A stretch of DNA of 64,000 bases. It comes from Candidatus Latescibacterota bacterium. GTDB lineage: Bacteria; Krumholzibacteriota; Krumholzibacteriia; WVZY01. The DNA is taken from positions 3,678,924-3,742,923 of the forward strand of contig CP070677.1 of assembly GCA_020352495.1 (NCBI GenBank). The letters are read 5' to 3'. A program made the translations under genes and the position numbers. The notes beneath the pieces were generated by a model that worked only from the letters and a program-made list of their open reading frames with translations, searched no databases and was not told where the DNA came from. Of the stretch, positions 26,401 through 35,348 are shown piece by piece; position 1 is the first letter of the stretch; the number at the start of each line of letters is the position of its first letter.

Positions 26401-26694
26401 GAAGTACGCCGCACCGTTGGCGTAGTCGTCGGTGTCCTTAATGATGAAGTGCACCGGTGTGTTGGGCTCGTATCCGTAAAGCTCGGTCAGGGGGCCGTGA
26501 ACCTCTTCGGCGACCTTCGCCACCTGTTGGGCGGTCCACTCGGCACCCTTGTGATAGTGAACCTCGAAGTGTTCGGTTTTGATCGTCTTCCAACTGAGCG
26601 ACACATTGTTGTAGGAAAAGACGCTCCCGGCGGGCCACGCGAGGAGCGCCACAAGGAGCGCAAGAAACAGGTGAGCGGTCTTGATGTTACGCAT
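23449..26694 (-). CDS. secreted peptidase-MA-like (HEXXH) / PD40 (TolB-like) beta-propeller / C-terminal Omp85-like beta-barrel protein
   Basis: ORF to 26718; signal from MRNIKTAHLFLALLVALLAWPAGSVFS; VVTHEYAHII zincin motif; PD40 repeats (FSPDGRKIAFLS, FSADGKKLLYS, FSPDGKKIVGV, FSPDGEKILFG); C-terminal about 400 aa with alternating aromatic pattern and RGY...GD...G...S..YRFP motif ending LAFGFDL. Confidence 0.75.
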   Translation of the reverse strand: MRNIKTAHLFLALLVALLAWPAGSVFSYNNVSLSWKTIKTEHFEVHYHKGAEWTAQQVAKVAEEVHGPLTELYGYEPNTPVHFIIKDTDDYANGAAYFYDNKVEIWATNLEFGYRGTTEWIRNVVTHEYAHIISIQAAMKMTTRVPAIYFQLIHFEKERRPDVLQGYPDHIVSYPFSGIVYPPWFAEGVSQYQTPNLKYDCWDSHRDMILRCAVLEDQMLTYDEMGFFGKSSMRGEQVYDHGFGLTNYIVATYGPNSIAEITRALRAPNRLNMDGALKKVTGKKGKELYDDWKAHLKSRFETQTADVRERFRKGSLLVGGDSKESYLNVAPVFSPDGRKIAFLSNKGTDYAVTSLYVIDRFGKNRKRIKGGLSSPPQFSADGKKLLYSRKHKVDHYGSTVNDVFVYDLETKKEKRLTKGARIGDPDFSPDGKKIVGVRNNDGTHRIVVMDAYGENLRELYSGKMGTQFYNPHFSPDGEKILFGIFREGTRDVAMILADGTDFRYILQTPNDERDVRWTRDGRGIIFACDRTGIFNIYELALEDGSIKKHTNVVGGAFMPDQSPGDGALAYSHYSGDGHCVYFVEGDAGPVETMDSITFKTRDVKPYDECAFLKNPVTANSNVEDGSTAVSPSWLSHDSGRAENGEGAESRFVGDSVSNGAPSTAQRPSDSPGGDGELPSSNYKWNFTTFQLFPRIVVWDNKFRLGLFMMSNEILDKQSLFAGGSYGTDEEFDLYFTYEIRDFYPKFLTENVDFFFPALFVDFIRLREFHSDRTFDEETGSEFVFDTQYDLWQASFGLKFELSERYSPTRLHEISAHWQPSEYRVHLEGDEFKYGEYRGSFKGGWKYYEGNEGIFRWTYRGIAPAVDTDINPRGGRQIMFEYLKSWNKLFITGEFEYGFKAKLSEVPYHRFTVDWREYIGLPYLRHSLRLRLFGSFIDRSVDDFFWTYLGGRDGIRGYTYYSIGDKKGALGSLTYRFPVWRNIDKQFLNLYFRDLYAGIFYETAIAWGQRDFAARNFKNSVGVDLRLSLGSFYLFPTAVNWVAAYSLDPVKISLTGFGALPLDIRQERGWSHYLTLAFGFDL

Positions 26695-26924
26695 CTGGAT
26701 CACTGAGGGGTAGACCAATAGCTGTGAAAGGCAATCGGGTCAAGATCCTTCTTTTACAGGGGTCGGGAGAATCAGGCTGGTCAATTCCTCTCCAAATCCA
26801 CTTACTTAATGATACGTCGCAACTTATGAAAAGTCAACAGGTATGCGACTTGGTCGTTTGACAAGGGCGTCGGGACCCGAGATCTAACACAGGGCACGAC
26901 GGGTATTCCGAATCGTCGCCGACA

Positions 26925-28259
26925 TCACCGGGGTTTTTCATCGACCGACGCGGCCTCACGCTCGCGGTCAGGCTCGGCGGGCTCTTCGTCGACCGACGGG
27001 GTCCCACGCTCACCGCTGGACCCGGCGAGCTGTTTGTCGGCCGGTTTTTCGTCGACCGACGCGGCCTCACGCTCGCGACTGGGTTCGGCGGGCAGTCTGG
27101 GATCAACCTCTATCTGTTGGGGCGACTCAAGCTCTTTGGAGGCGGCCCCCATTTCCTCGAAACGCCGAACCGCCGGAAGCAGTCGACCTTCCAACGAGCG
27201 CACGGCAGCATTGTATTGGTCGACGGATTTCTTCAAAGCCTGTCCGAGGTTTGTCAGGTAGTCAACAAATGTCGTGACACGTTTGTGAAGCTCTTTCCCT
27301 TCCAGGGCGATTCGCTGTGCGTTCTCCGTGACCTGGTGTTGTTGCCAGCCGTAGGCGACGGTACGAAGAAGCGCCAAAAGGTTGACCGGCGAGCTAATCA
27401 AAACACGGTTACTGATCGCGTACTCGAGAAGCTCTGCGTCGACCTCGAACGCCGCCCCAAGAGACGATTCGTTTGGGACAAACATCACGACGAAATCAGG
27501 CGCCCTGTCAAACTGATCCCAATAGGACTTGAGTCCCAGTTCACGCACCCGTGCACGCACTGCCTTCGCATGCTGTATCAGCTTGGCACTTCGCACGTCA
27601 CTGTTGGCACTCTCCATCGCATCGAGGTACGAGTCCAGCGGCACCTTGGAATCCAGCGGCAGAATACCGCCGTTTGGCAGGTGAACGACCATGTCAGGCC
27701 GGCCCGATTCCGCACCAGCCTGTTCGTCGAAGTCCACGTGACCGGACATCCCGGACATTTCGACGACACGACGAAGCTGGAGCTCACCCCACCGCCCTTT
27801 TACCGTGGGGGATCTGAGAGCTTGTGCAAGGCTCGCCGTTGTGTTCTGTAGCGCGCCATGCATCTCACCCAACTGTTTTAGTTGTTGACTCAGCGATCCG
27901 TACGCCTTCTCGCGTTTGGACTCCAATTCCCTGACGTGGCTCTCGAGGTTGGAGAGGTTTTTGTTCAGAGGACTGAGCAGACCATCGATCTGGGTCTTGG
28001 CCCTCTCGGTGATCTGCGAGGAGTTGTCCTTTAGGGCCCTGCCGGCAAGAGCTTCAAAGGCGTCTCGCATGTGTGTTTCGGCTTTCTCCGTCCAACGTAT
28101 CCTTTCCGCATCCGTTTCTCGTTCTTTTCCGAGCTCCGCGATCCGAATCCTCAAGTTCTCCGCCTCCCTCTCGGAGGCGTGTCTTTTGAACAAAAACACG
28201 ATGAGACCCACCACGACACCGGCGAAAAACGTGGCGAGTGGCAGTGACAATTCAGACAT
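26925..28259 (-). CDS. rmuC: DNA recombination protein RmuC with C-terminal 15-aa tandem repeat tail
   Basis: N-terminal TM helix then long coiled-coil, conserved RmuC C-domain (RPDMVVHLPNGGILPLDSKVPLDSYL...DFVVMFVPNES); tail EPSREREAASVDEKP x3. Confidence 0.8.
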   Translation of the reverse strand: MSELSLPLATFFAGVVVGLIVFLFKRHASEREAENLRIRIAELGKERETDAERIRWTEKAETHMRDAFEALAGRALKDNSSQITERAKTQIDGLLSPLNKNLSNLESHVRELESKREKAYGSLSQQLKQLGEMHGALQNTTASLAQALRSPTVKGRWGELQLRRVVEMSGMSGHVDFDEQAGAESGRPDMVVHLPNGGILPLDSKVPLDSYLDAMESANSDVRSAKLIQHAKAVRARVRELGLKSYWDQFDRAPDFVVMFVPNESSLGAAFEVDAELLEYAISNRVLISSPVNLLALLRTVAYGWQQHQVTENAQRIALEGKELHKRVTTFVDYLTNLGQALKKSVDQYNAAVRSLEGRLLPAVRRFEEMGAASKELESPQQIEVDPRLPAEPSREREAASVDEKPADKQLAGSSGERGTPSVDEEPAEPDREREAASVDEKPR

Positions 28260-28383
28260 GAACTCAACCTCTGTTTACAAAACCCTCGCAGGACGTTTGT
28301 GGGATGCGGATCAGCAGGGAACCGGACCGGCGCGTTTCGTGCCCTGGAGGAAGTGAGTTGTGCATAGGCTCAAACTGGGCGCG

Positions 28384-28866
28384 TTATTGGGACACCTTGC
28401 CAAAGGCATGTAGCCATTCCCTGGCTTTGTCTTCATCATCGAATTCGTCAACTTGGGACCCTCTGTTGCGCGCAACCGTTATGATAAACTGCACGTCTTT
28501 TCGGACCCGAGGATCCCTTGGCAACACAACGGCCATAATTATCGGCACCGTGGCCCCGTCTGTACCAAATGTCGATCCAAAATCGTAGGCCTCAAAGGTG
28601 GCCATCGAACTTGTAAGGTCCACCAGATCGACCAGGATTTTTATGGTCTCCTTTTCCTCGCATAGCCGAAGGGTATCCCGGCGTGCGTCTACGTGCTCCG
28701 CCACCTCAACCCGCCCAGAGAGTCGTACCGATACGATCTCTTCATCATCGATGACCCGAATCTCGTACGGCACCGCTTTGCTCCTTACACCCACCCTGAG
28801 AAAGATAGGCGCATGTTCGAGTATGGCGTGCCGTTTGGGATAAGTCAATTTGCTAATCGAACGCAA
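28384..28866 (-). CDS. hypothetical protein (possibly STAS-like)
   Basis: 160-aa ORF with good coding periodicity, no clear motif. Confidence 0.45.
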   Translation of the reverse strand: MRSISKLTYPKRHAILEHAPIFLRVGVRSKAVPYEIRVIDDEEIVSVRLSGRVEVAEHVDARRDTLRLCEEKETIKILVDLVDLTSSMATFEAYDFGSTFGTDGATVPIIMAVVLPRDPRVRKDVQFIITVARNRGSQVDEFDDEDKAREWLHAFGKVSQ

Positions 28867-29010
28867 CGGATGGGGACGTTAAACAAGGGGCTTCCCGAAA
28901 GGTCCCGTCGCGTGACCGACCTGGCCGGCAAATCGATCTCAACTTGCCTGACCCGAAACGCTTGGCGAGTCGCTCCTCCCGGATCCACGATGGTTGCCCG
29001 GCAAGGAATC

Positions 29011-29958
29011 CTATCTCTTCGACCGGCGACCCGCTCCAAGCTCACGATCCGCTCCCATTTCTCGCTGGATGAACTTGAGAAACTCCCGACGCGTTGGCGA
29101 GAGCTTTCGAGCGGTTTTGTAATAGAGCGTGATCTTCTGAACCATGTAGAGTCCCTGGACGTCGATCCGGACGAGTCGGCCATCACGTATCTCGGCTCCG
29201 ATCGCAGTCTCCGGAAGCATCGACATACCCAACCCAGCCATCACCATGTGTTTGACCGTTGCCACGTTTGACGATTCGAGCATGTACTCGATGCTGAGCG
29301 ACATCCGTCTGAAATAGGCGTCCATCATCATCCGGGTCTCCATCCCTTCCTCATACCCGATAAACGGATGATCCTCCAGGCGCCTTGGTGGCACCGGTTC
29401 TCCGGAGGCGAGAGGGTGGCCCCGCGGTGCGACGAGAAACATCTTCGTGTCCTCGAGCGGGATGCTGGTAAGCCCCGAGTATTTCCGGTTGGCCGTCACG
29501 ATGGCGATATCCGTTTTGCCGGTTTGGACCATCTCGATAACTTCCCTCGCCGACCCGGGCTCAATTTCGGCCCTGACCTCCGGATACAGGTCCTTGAACT
29601 GTTTGAGCAAGTCAGGGAGCGTGTAGATACCAAAGCTGTTGATCGTTCCTATGGAAATCGTTCCGCTGACCCGCCGCTCCATTGCCTCGAGATCATTCCA
29701 GATCCGATCGACATCGTGGAAAAACTCATCAGCATACTGGAACACAACCTGACCAGAATCTGTTAGCTCCACACCCGTTTTCAGACGATTGAACAACCTG
29801 TGCCCGAGGTTAGCTTCGAACTGTCTGATTTGCACGCTGATCGATGACTGCGATACCCGTAGCTCCCTGGCAGCTTCGGAGAAGCTTCCTTTTCTGGCGA
29901 CGATATAGAAGTAGTAGAGGTGGTTGAAATTTAGCGGAAGCACGTCCACAACCTCCAT
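29011..29958 (-). CDS. LysR-family transcriptional regulator
   Basis: ORF to 30069 but its N-terminus runs into an AT-rich non-coding stretch; likely start MEVVDV; HTH LNFNHLYYFYIVARKGSFSEAARELRVSQSSISVQIRQFE; LysR substrate-binding domain. Confidence 0.85.
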   Translation of the reverse strand: MEVVDVLPLNFNHLYYFYIVARKGSFSEAARELRVSQSSISVQIRQFEANLGHRLFNRLKTGVELTDSGQVVFQYADEFFHDVDRIWNDLEAMERRVSGTISIGTINSFGIYTLPDLLKQFKDLYPEVRAEIEPGSAREVIEMVQTGKTDIAIVTANRKYSGLTSIPLEDTKMFLVAPRGHPLASGEPVPPRRLEDHPFIGYEEGMETRMMMDAYFRRMSLSIEYMLESSNVATVKHMVMAGLGMSMLPETAIGAEIRDGRLVRIDVQGLYMVQKITLYYKTARKLSPTRREFLKFIQREMGADRELGAGRRSKR

Positions 29959-30422
29959 TTTGTGTGAAACCTGACGCTCCGGTTTGGGGTACAACCCAAT
30001 AGACGGAGGCAAGAAAAAAGATAATATACATATAATATATAGTTCAAGTTTATTTTTTATATTGTACATATGATTGAATGAGGACTAGATTAAGGGTGGA
30101 ACCGGTGCCGCGTCGAGCACATGCGGCAGCCGCCTCGAAAACCTCAGGCATCACCCAATTTTTTGAGAGCACACGGCACCGGTTTTCAAAATAACGACGA
30201 CGACACTGCAGCGAGGAGAACACAGGATAGGGGAATCGCGAAAACCACTCAACATTACGGAGTCCCCACCGGACGAAGGTAGCATGTCTCCGCCCCCGAA
30301 GATGTGCTACCTTTTGTCATTTATAAGAATCCGTGGATGTTTGCAGATGGAAATCGGTTAGGGTTGGTTCCGAAGAGTCGGCTCCCACCCGCGAGAGGCA
30401 AACCCCACATCACACCCCCGGC

Positions 30423-31481
30423 TTAATCCGCCCCATCGGGCCCGTCGCGTGCGGGCTCTTCGTCACAGATTTCCCGAATGACCCGCAGGGCGTTCCCCCC
30501 GAGTATCTTGCGGATCGAATCGACCGGAATCCCCTCCCGCAACATCCGATCGGTGAGCCTTGGCAGACAGCTTATGTCCCTCAGTTCACGTGGCATGCTG
30601 GGAACCCACCCATCATAATCGGAGCCCAACGCGATGAAATCATCCCCGACCAGTTTGAGCAGGTGCCGGATGTTTTCCATGACGCACTCGATCGACCGGT
30701 CTCGCTTCGACGTGAGGTACCCCGGATGGAAGATCACACCAAGGACTCCGTTCTTTTGGGCGACACGCTTGGCCTCGTAGTCGGAGATATTGCGCCACAT
30801 CGGTTTGACACTCTGAAAACCGGTGTGCGAGACAATGGGAGGCCGCCGGCAAAACTCCACCGCATCGAGAAAACTACGGCTGGCCACGTGCGCGAGATCG
30901 ACGATGAGCCCGACCGCTTCCATCCTCTCGATCAGTGAGTACCCTAACTTTGGCAGATGCAAATCCCGCCACTTTACCCGGCGGCTTGGGAATGCCCCAG
31001 GCGAACGGGTCAGATGCGCGAGTCCGATCGAAACCAGACCGTTTTTTTTGTATGTTTCGATCTCGTTCGAATCAGCCCGGACCCCGTGGGAGCCTTCGAG
31101 TGTCAAAAAAAACGCGGGGAGCCCTTTCTCCCTTGCCTGGAGGATGTCGTGCGCGGTTCTTGCCATCACCAACTGCGACCGGACCGTCTGCGACCACCGG
31201 TCGACCTTTCTGATCGCGCGGCCGATGGTGTCGCCGCGGCGGAGGATGTTGAGCGGCACCGCGGGCGCGGTCAGCCCAACAGCGGTAACACCTCCGTCAC
31301 GAAGCCGCGGGATATCGACATGATAGCAAAACGGACTCGATGGGAGTGGGTTGCGGTGGCGTTTCTCCATCCGGTACCCAAAGAGAAAGACGAGAAAGAG
31401 CGTGTCCGCGTGCAGGTCGATTACGACCGAATGCTCGTGGATCTGCCACGCCTCTCGTGAAATGTCCGAAAGCGGTTTCAT
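30423..31481 (-). CDS. membrane dipeptidase (peptidase M19 family)
   Basis: ORF extends to 31895 but conserved protein starts at MKPLSDISREAWQIHEHSVVIDLHADTL (M19 N-terminal HxD motif), ...GSDYDG..; the extended N-terminus is Arg/Pro/Gly-rich junk. Confidence 0.85.
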   Translation of the reverse strand: MKPLSDISREAWQIHEHSVVIDLHADTLFLVFLFGYRMEKRHRNPLPSSPFCYHVDIPRLRDGGVTAVGLTAPAVPLNILRRGDTIGRAIRKVDRWSQTVRSQLVMARTAHDILQAREKGLPAFFLTLEGSHGVRADSNEIETYKKNGLVSIGLAHLTRSPGAFPSRRVKWRDLHLPKLGYSLIERMEAVGLIVDLAHVASRSFLDAVEFCRRPPIVSHTGFQSVKPMWRNISDYEAKRVAQKNGVLGVIFHPGYLTSKRDRSIECVMENIRHLLKLVGDDFIALGSDYDGWVPSMPRELRDISCLPRLTDRMLREGIPVDSIRKILGGNALRVIREICDEEPARDGPDGAD

Positions 31482-31941
31482 GACTATAGGCGGCTCCACC
31501 CGCGAGCGAACGACACCCGCTGGCCGTGGCGTGCACCGCGGTGGTCCCCCGGGTCGACCGGTGAAACCCGACGGCGATCTTTCTGATCCGGCCGGCCTTC
31601 CTCCGCTCTGTCGCCGGGCGGGGTCCGCTCCCGGCTTCACCGGCCCGACTTGGCCGCTTCCGGATCTTCTTGATCCTACTCCTATCTCGCCTTTTGACAA
31701 GGAAGTGTTTCGATGTCCCTCACAGGTCATGGGGTTCGAACAGGTGTACCTGCAGGGACACTCCGGTGGACCGCGAGCACAGCGGCCACGTCGATTGGCC
31801 AAACGCAATCGATTATCGTTTAATGGATTACGCCATTTGTGGTACAATACAATAGATAAGGCACCCCGATTGCAGACCCGAGAGGACAAAGTCAATCGCT
31901 TCGGTGGTAACTAGCAGCCCCACGAGGACGAGAAAGGAGAC

Positions 31942-33021
31942 GTGATGAAGCGGGTACCGACATTTCTTCTCATCATTCTGGTCATCGCATCGATGTCCTG
32001 GGTCGCCGGGTGCAGTAATGATGATCCGACATCGGCGAACGACGAGTTGTACACCCGGGAACAGGTGCCCGACCTGGACGATGAGTACGGTGGATTCAAT
32101 CTGGGCGACGAGGCCCCGGCCTTCGACGATCCGGAACTGGCGGCGGAGTTTGGCGACGACGACGCGTTCGACGATCCCTTTGAGAATGATCCCGCGGTCC
32201 TCAAACATGAGCGTGACCGCAACGGGAACCTGAGGGGTCGGATTTTTCTGATGATCACCTGGGGTAACCTTCACCGGGATGAGACGATCACACATGTGAC
32301 GGACTGGACGGGATCGCTCTCGGTGGATCCCGGTGTCATTCTCTTGAGGCGGACCATCCGGTTCGAACCCCATGACCGGATCCTACCCAGAACACAACGA
32401 AATCTCCTCGAGTGGGAGTCGAAGACCATGCCGTCATTCGACGGGATTCTGGTGCGTATCGTCGCGTGTCCGGAGATAACCAACGCGGACGCGTACACAA
32501 GGATCGACTCGGCAAACACGGTGATCACGTTCAAAACCGAGCCGTTTAGCGTGTCATTCACCCTCGATCGACTTCCCGGTCTGCACCGAGTCGTCACGCT
32601 CGAAGACGGCAACGCGGTGGCGTTCACCGCGGTGCACGTTCCGCCGCAAGCTTGCCCGCGCGGGTTTCTTCGCGGTGTGTGGCGTCACTACCCCGAACGG
32701 CCCGGTGGCGAGTTCTTTGGGAAATGGGTGAGCGAGAGCGGGTTGCACATGGGATTCCTCAAGGGCTTCTACGGTGTCAACAAAGAGGGCGAAAAAGTCT
32801 TTTTCGGAAAATGGATCAGCCGATCAGGCCGGTTCCAGGGGCTGCTTCGCGGCAGGTATGGCAGTTATGAGGAGGATGGAGCGGGTTGGTTTGCCGGGGT
32901 GTGGCTCGGCCGGGATCGCCGTGTCCACGGTGAGCTCAAAGGCGAATGGAGACGGAACGACGAGTGCCACGGAGGATTCTTCCGCGGTGTGTGGGCTAAG
33001 AACTGCGACCGAATCCTCTGA
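31942..33021 (+). CDS. hypothetical lipoprotein with acidic linker and triplicated Gly/aromatic repeat
   Basis: signal+lipobox LVIASMSWVAGCSND; acidic stretch DDPELAAEFGDDDAFDDPFEND; repeats FFGKWVSESGLHMGFLKGFYG / FFGKWISRSGRFQGLLRGRYG / WFAGVWLGRDRRVHGELKGEW. Confidence 0.6.
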   Translation: MMKRVPTFLLIILVIASMSWVAGCSNDDPTSANDELYTREQVPDLDDEYGGFNLGDEAPAFDDPELAAEFGDDDAFDDPFENDPAVLKHERDRNGNLRGRIFLMITWGNLHRDETITHVTDWTGSLSVDPGVILLRRTIRFEPHDRILPRTQRNLLEWESKTMPSFDGILVRIVACPEITNADAYTRIDSANTVITFKTEPFSVSFTLDRLPGLHRVVTLEDGNAVAFTAVHVPPQACPRGFLRGVWRHYPERPGGEFFGKWVSESGLHMGFLKGFYGVNKEGEKVFFGKWISRSGRFQGLLRGRYGSYEEDGAGWFAGVWLGRDRRVHGELKGEWRRNDECHGGFFRGVWAKNCDRIL

Positions 33022-33189
33022 TATCCCCTTTGGGACATATCAACGGATGCACTCGTAAGAGGACCCCTTCGGACCACATTCCGAAGGGGTTCTCGCTTGT
33101 ATCGAATCCACAACGCGTTGGCCCGAACCTCCCCCGGGTGGACTAACCTTGATCCGTCTGACTTCGAAACGACATGACGCATGTGGTAA

Positions 33190-33307
33190 GGGGATCGTGG
33201 GGGTGCGCCGGCGAGTTCCGCAGCGCGCCACCAGACGTAGATGAAGTTCATAGCCTGCTCAGTCGGCGCGCGAGGACTGTCTGAGCCGCCGTACCCCCGC
33301 GATCCCC
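33190..33307 (+). repeat. structured intergenic element, copy A
   Basis: outer stem GGGGATCGTGGGGGT/ACCCCCGCGATCCCC; core GCGCCGGCGAGTTCCGCAGCGCGCC ...35 nt... CAGTCGGCGCGCGAGGACTGTCTGAGCCGCCGT; convergent intergenic region. Confidence 0.5.
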
Positions 33308-33368
33308 GCGCCGACACACGACCCCTTGCTACGATCTTCATGTGGCTTCGAGGTCCGACGGATCGGGG

Positions 33369-34220
33369 TTAATCCACCGTGTATTCCCGTCCTTTGGGGA
33401 AAACCTTTTGGATTTCCTCGCACATCCATTCGTGAAAAAGACCGTTCGAGGCAACGATGTGACCGTTGCGAAGCAAATCGTTTTCACCAAAAAAGTCCGT
33501 CACCCGACCACCGGCCTCCTCGATCAAAACGATTCCCGCCGCCATATCCCATGGGCTCAGCGTCAGCTCCCAAAAGGCTTCGGCGCGCCCCGCCGCCACA
33601 TACGCCAGATCGAGGGTGGCGGAGCCCGCCCGCCGGATTCCCCGCGCGTTGTTGAAGAAGAATTTGAACGTCTTGAGATAGTCATCGAGGTACTTCCGCG
33701 AACGAAATGGAAAACCGGTCAAAAACAGAGTCTTGCTTTTGTCCGATATCCCGCTGACCTCGATTCGCTCGTCGTTTAGAAACGCCCCCTCACCCCGTAT
33801 CGCGTGGAAAAGCTCGTCACGCATCGGATCGAATGTGACCCCGAGAACGATCCCTCTACCGTTTGGCTCTTCGAGACCGAGGCTGGCGGCAAAGACGGGA
33901 AAGGCGTGTATGTAGTTGGGTGTCCCGTCCAGCGGGTCGATGTACCAACGTCTGGCCCGCTTGCGGTCGATCCCCCCGTTGATCTCGGGTCTCAAATTCT
34001 CTTCGGCAATGATGAAGTCATTTGGAAAGCTCTCACGAAGGATCGAGACAATGGCATCCTGGGACTCGAGATCGACGGTGGTGACGAGGTCATTTAGCCG
34101 TTTCTCCGTCACGTCGCTTGGGCGAAGGGTCGCGTAGGATTTCCGGATGATCCTGCCTGCCTCACGTGCCGCCTCTTTTGCCTTCTCGAGTTCTTTCTGA
34201 TACCGTCTCATTCGATTCAA
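33369..34220 (-). CDS. inositol monophosphatase family protein (SuhB/IMPase-like)
   Basis: IMPase motifs WYIDPLDGTPNYIHAFPVFAASLGL, WDMAAGIVLIEEAGG. Confidence 0.85.
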   Translation of the reverse strand: MNRMRRYQKELEKAKEAAREAGRIIRKSYATLRPSDVTEKRLNDLVTTVDLESQDAIVSILRESFPNDFIIAEENLRPEINGGIDRKRARRWYIDPLDGTPNYIHAFPVFAASLGLEEPNGRGIVLGVTFDPMRDELFHAIRGEGAFLNDERIEVSGISDKSKTLFLTGFPFRSRKYLDDYLKTFKFFFNNARGIRRAGSATLDLAYVAAGRAEAFWELTLSPWDMAAGIVLIEEAGGRVTDFFGENDLLRNGHIVASNGLFHEWMCEEIQKVFPKGREYTVD

Positions 34221-34269
34221 CCTTTCGTGTATGATTGGATGCCTTTGATTATAAAAACGGTCCCCTTTG

Positions 34270-35160
34270 TCATTTGTACTTCTCGACCAGCATGCTCAAG
34301 AACGCTTTCGCCGGTGGCGACAGTGTCTCCGCGCTTTTGTACACAAGACCCAACATTCGGCTAAAACGGATCTTCCCCGTCGGGATGGCTTTTAGCGAAC
34401 CTCGGCGGATTTCGTTCGAGACGACCTCGATCGGGAGGATACTCGCACCGAGCCCGGCTTCGGTGAGCCTCTTGATCGCTTCCGGGCTCGACGTTTCCAT
34501 TGTCACTTTCAAACCGAGCCCGTTGTCGATGAAGACCTTTTCGATCAGCCGACGGGTCGTGGACTTGGCAGGATACGTGATAAGACCCGTTTCGGCAACC
34601 CTTCGGAGGAGATTCCTTCGGGATCTCGACCCGACGAGCTCATGACCGGGGGGTGCTACGAGAACCATCTTGTCCTCGAATATGGGTACGACCTCATACG
34701 CCTCACCGGGGAGCGGTAGCGTAACAATCGCCAGCTCGATCGCGCCCGTTTCGAGCGCGGCGAGAAGGCTGTCCGAATCGGCCACGAGGACCTGGATATC
34801 GATACCCGGATGTCTGCGGCGGAAGGCTTTGAACACGTCCGGTAGAACATAGACGCTCGCCGCGTCGATGTTCCCCATTTTCAAGAGCCCGCTCTCGAGC
34901 CCCTTTAGACCCTGTATCCTGTGCGTCACCGCATCCACCTTTCTCACGATCTCTTCGGCTTCTGTGGCCAGTATGCTCCCTGCCTGTGTGGGCTCGATTC
35001 GTTTCCCCCGCCGGACATAGAGCTTCTCGCCGACCTCGTCTTCGAGCTTTTTTAGCTGGATGCTTACCGCCGGTTGGGTAACAAAGTGATCCCTGGCTGC
35101 TGCCCTCAAGCTGCCGTGTCGGATGGCGGCTAGAAAATATCGTAACTGACGGATCTCCAT
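34270..35160 (-). CDS. LysR-family transcriptional regulator
   Basis: MEIRQLRYFLAAIRHGSLRAAARDHFVTQPAVSIQLKKLE HTH + substrate-binding domain. Confidence 0.85.
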   Translation of the reverse strand: MEIRQLRYFLAAIRHGSLRAAARDHFVTQPAVSIQLKKLEDEVGEKLYVRRGKRIEPTQAGSILATEAEEIVRKVDAVTHRIQGLKGLESGLLKMGNIDAASVYVLPDVFKAFRRRHPGIDIQVLVADSDSLLAALETGAIELAIVTLPLPGEAYEVVPIFEDKMVLVAPPGHELVGSRSRRNLLRRVAETGLITYPAKSTTRRLIEKVFIDNGLGLKVTMETSSPEAIKRLTEAGLGASILPIEVVSNEIRRGSLKAIPTGKIRFSRMLGLVYKSAETLSPPAKAFLSMLVEKYK

Positions 35161-35348
35161 GGTACGGCAAACCCATTAGCAGGAGTTATCGACAACATAA
35201 ATATAATAAATTTTGCTTATCATACGATCAGTGCTACGTTTTGTCAAGATCGGTGGCCGAAAAATCCGACGCCGGGGATCCCCCCGCCAGTAAGAGTGGT
35301 ACGGAATTCGTCGAGTGAATCGGCAAACCCTCAGGGGGTGCAGCGGTA

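Noticed and set aside
30423-31895. Long 490-aa form of the dipeptidase ORF and the overlapping + strand ORFs 30333..30938 / 30957..31460 / 31351..31914
   Set aside because: The N-terminal 138 aa of the long form are Arg/Pro/Gly junk; the conserved M19 sequence begins at MKPLSD (31481). The + strand ORFs are antisense artefacts.
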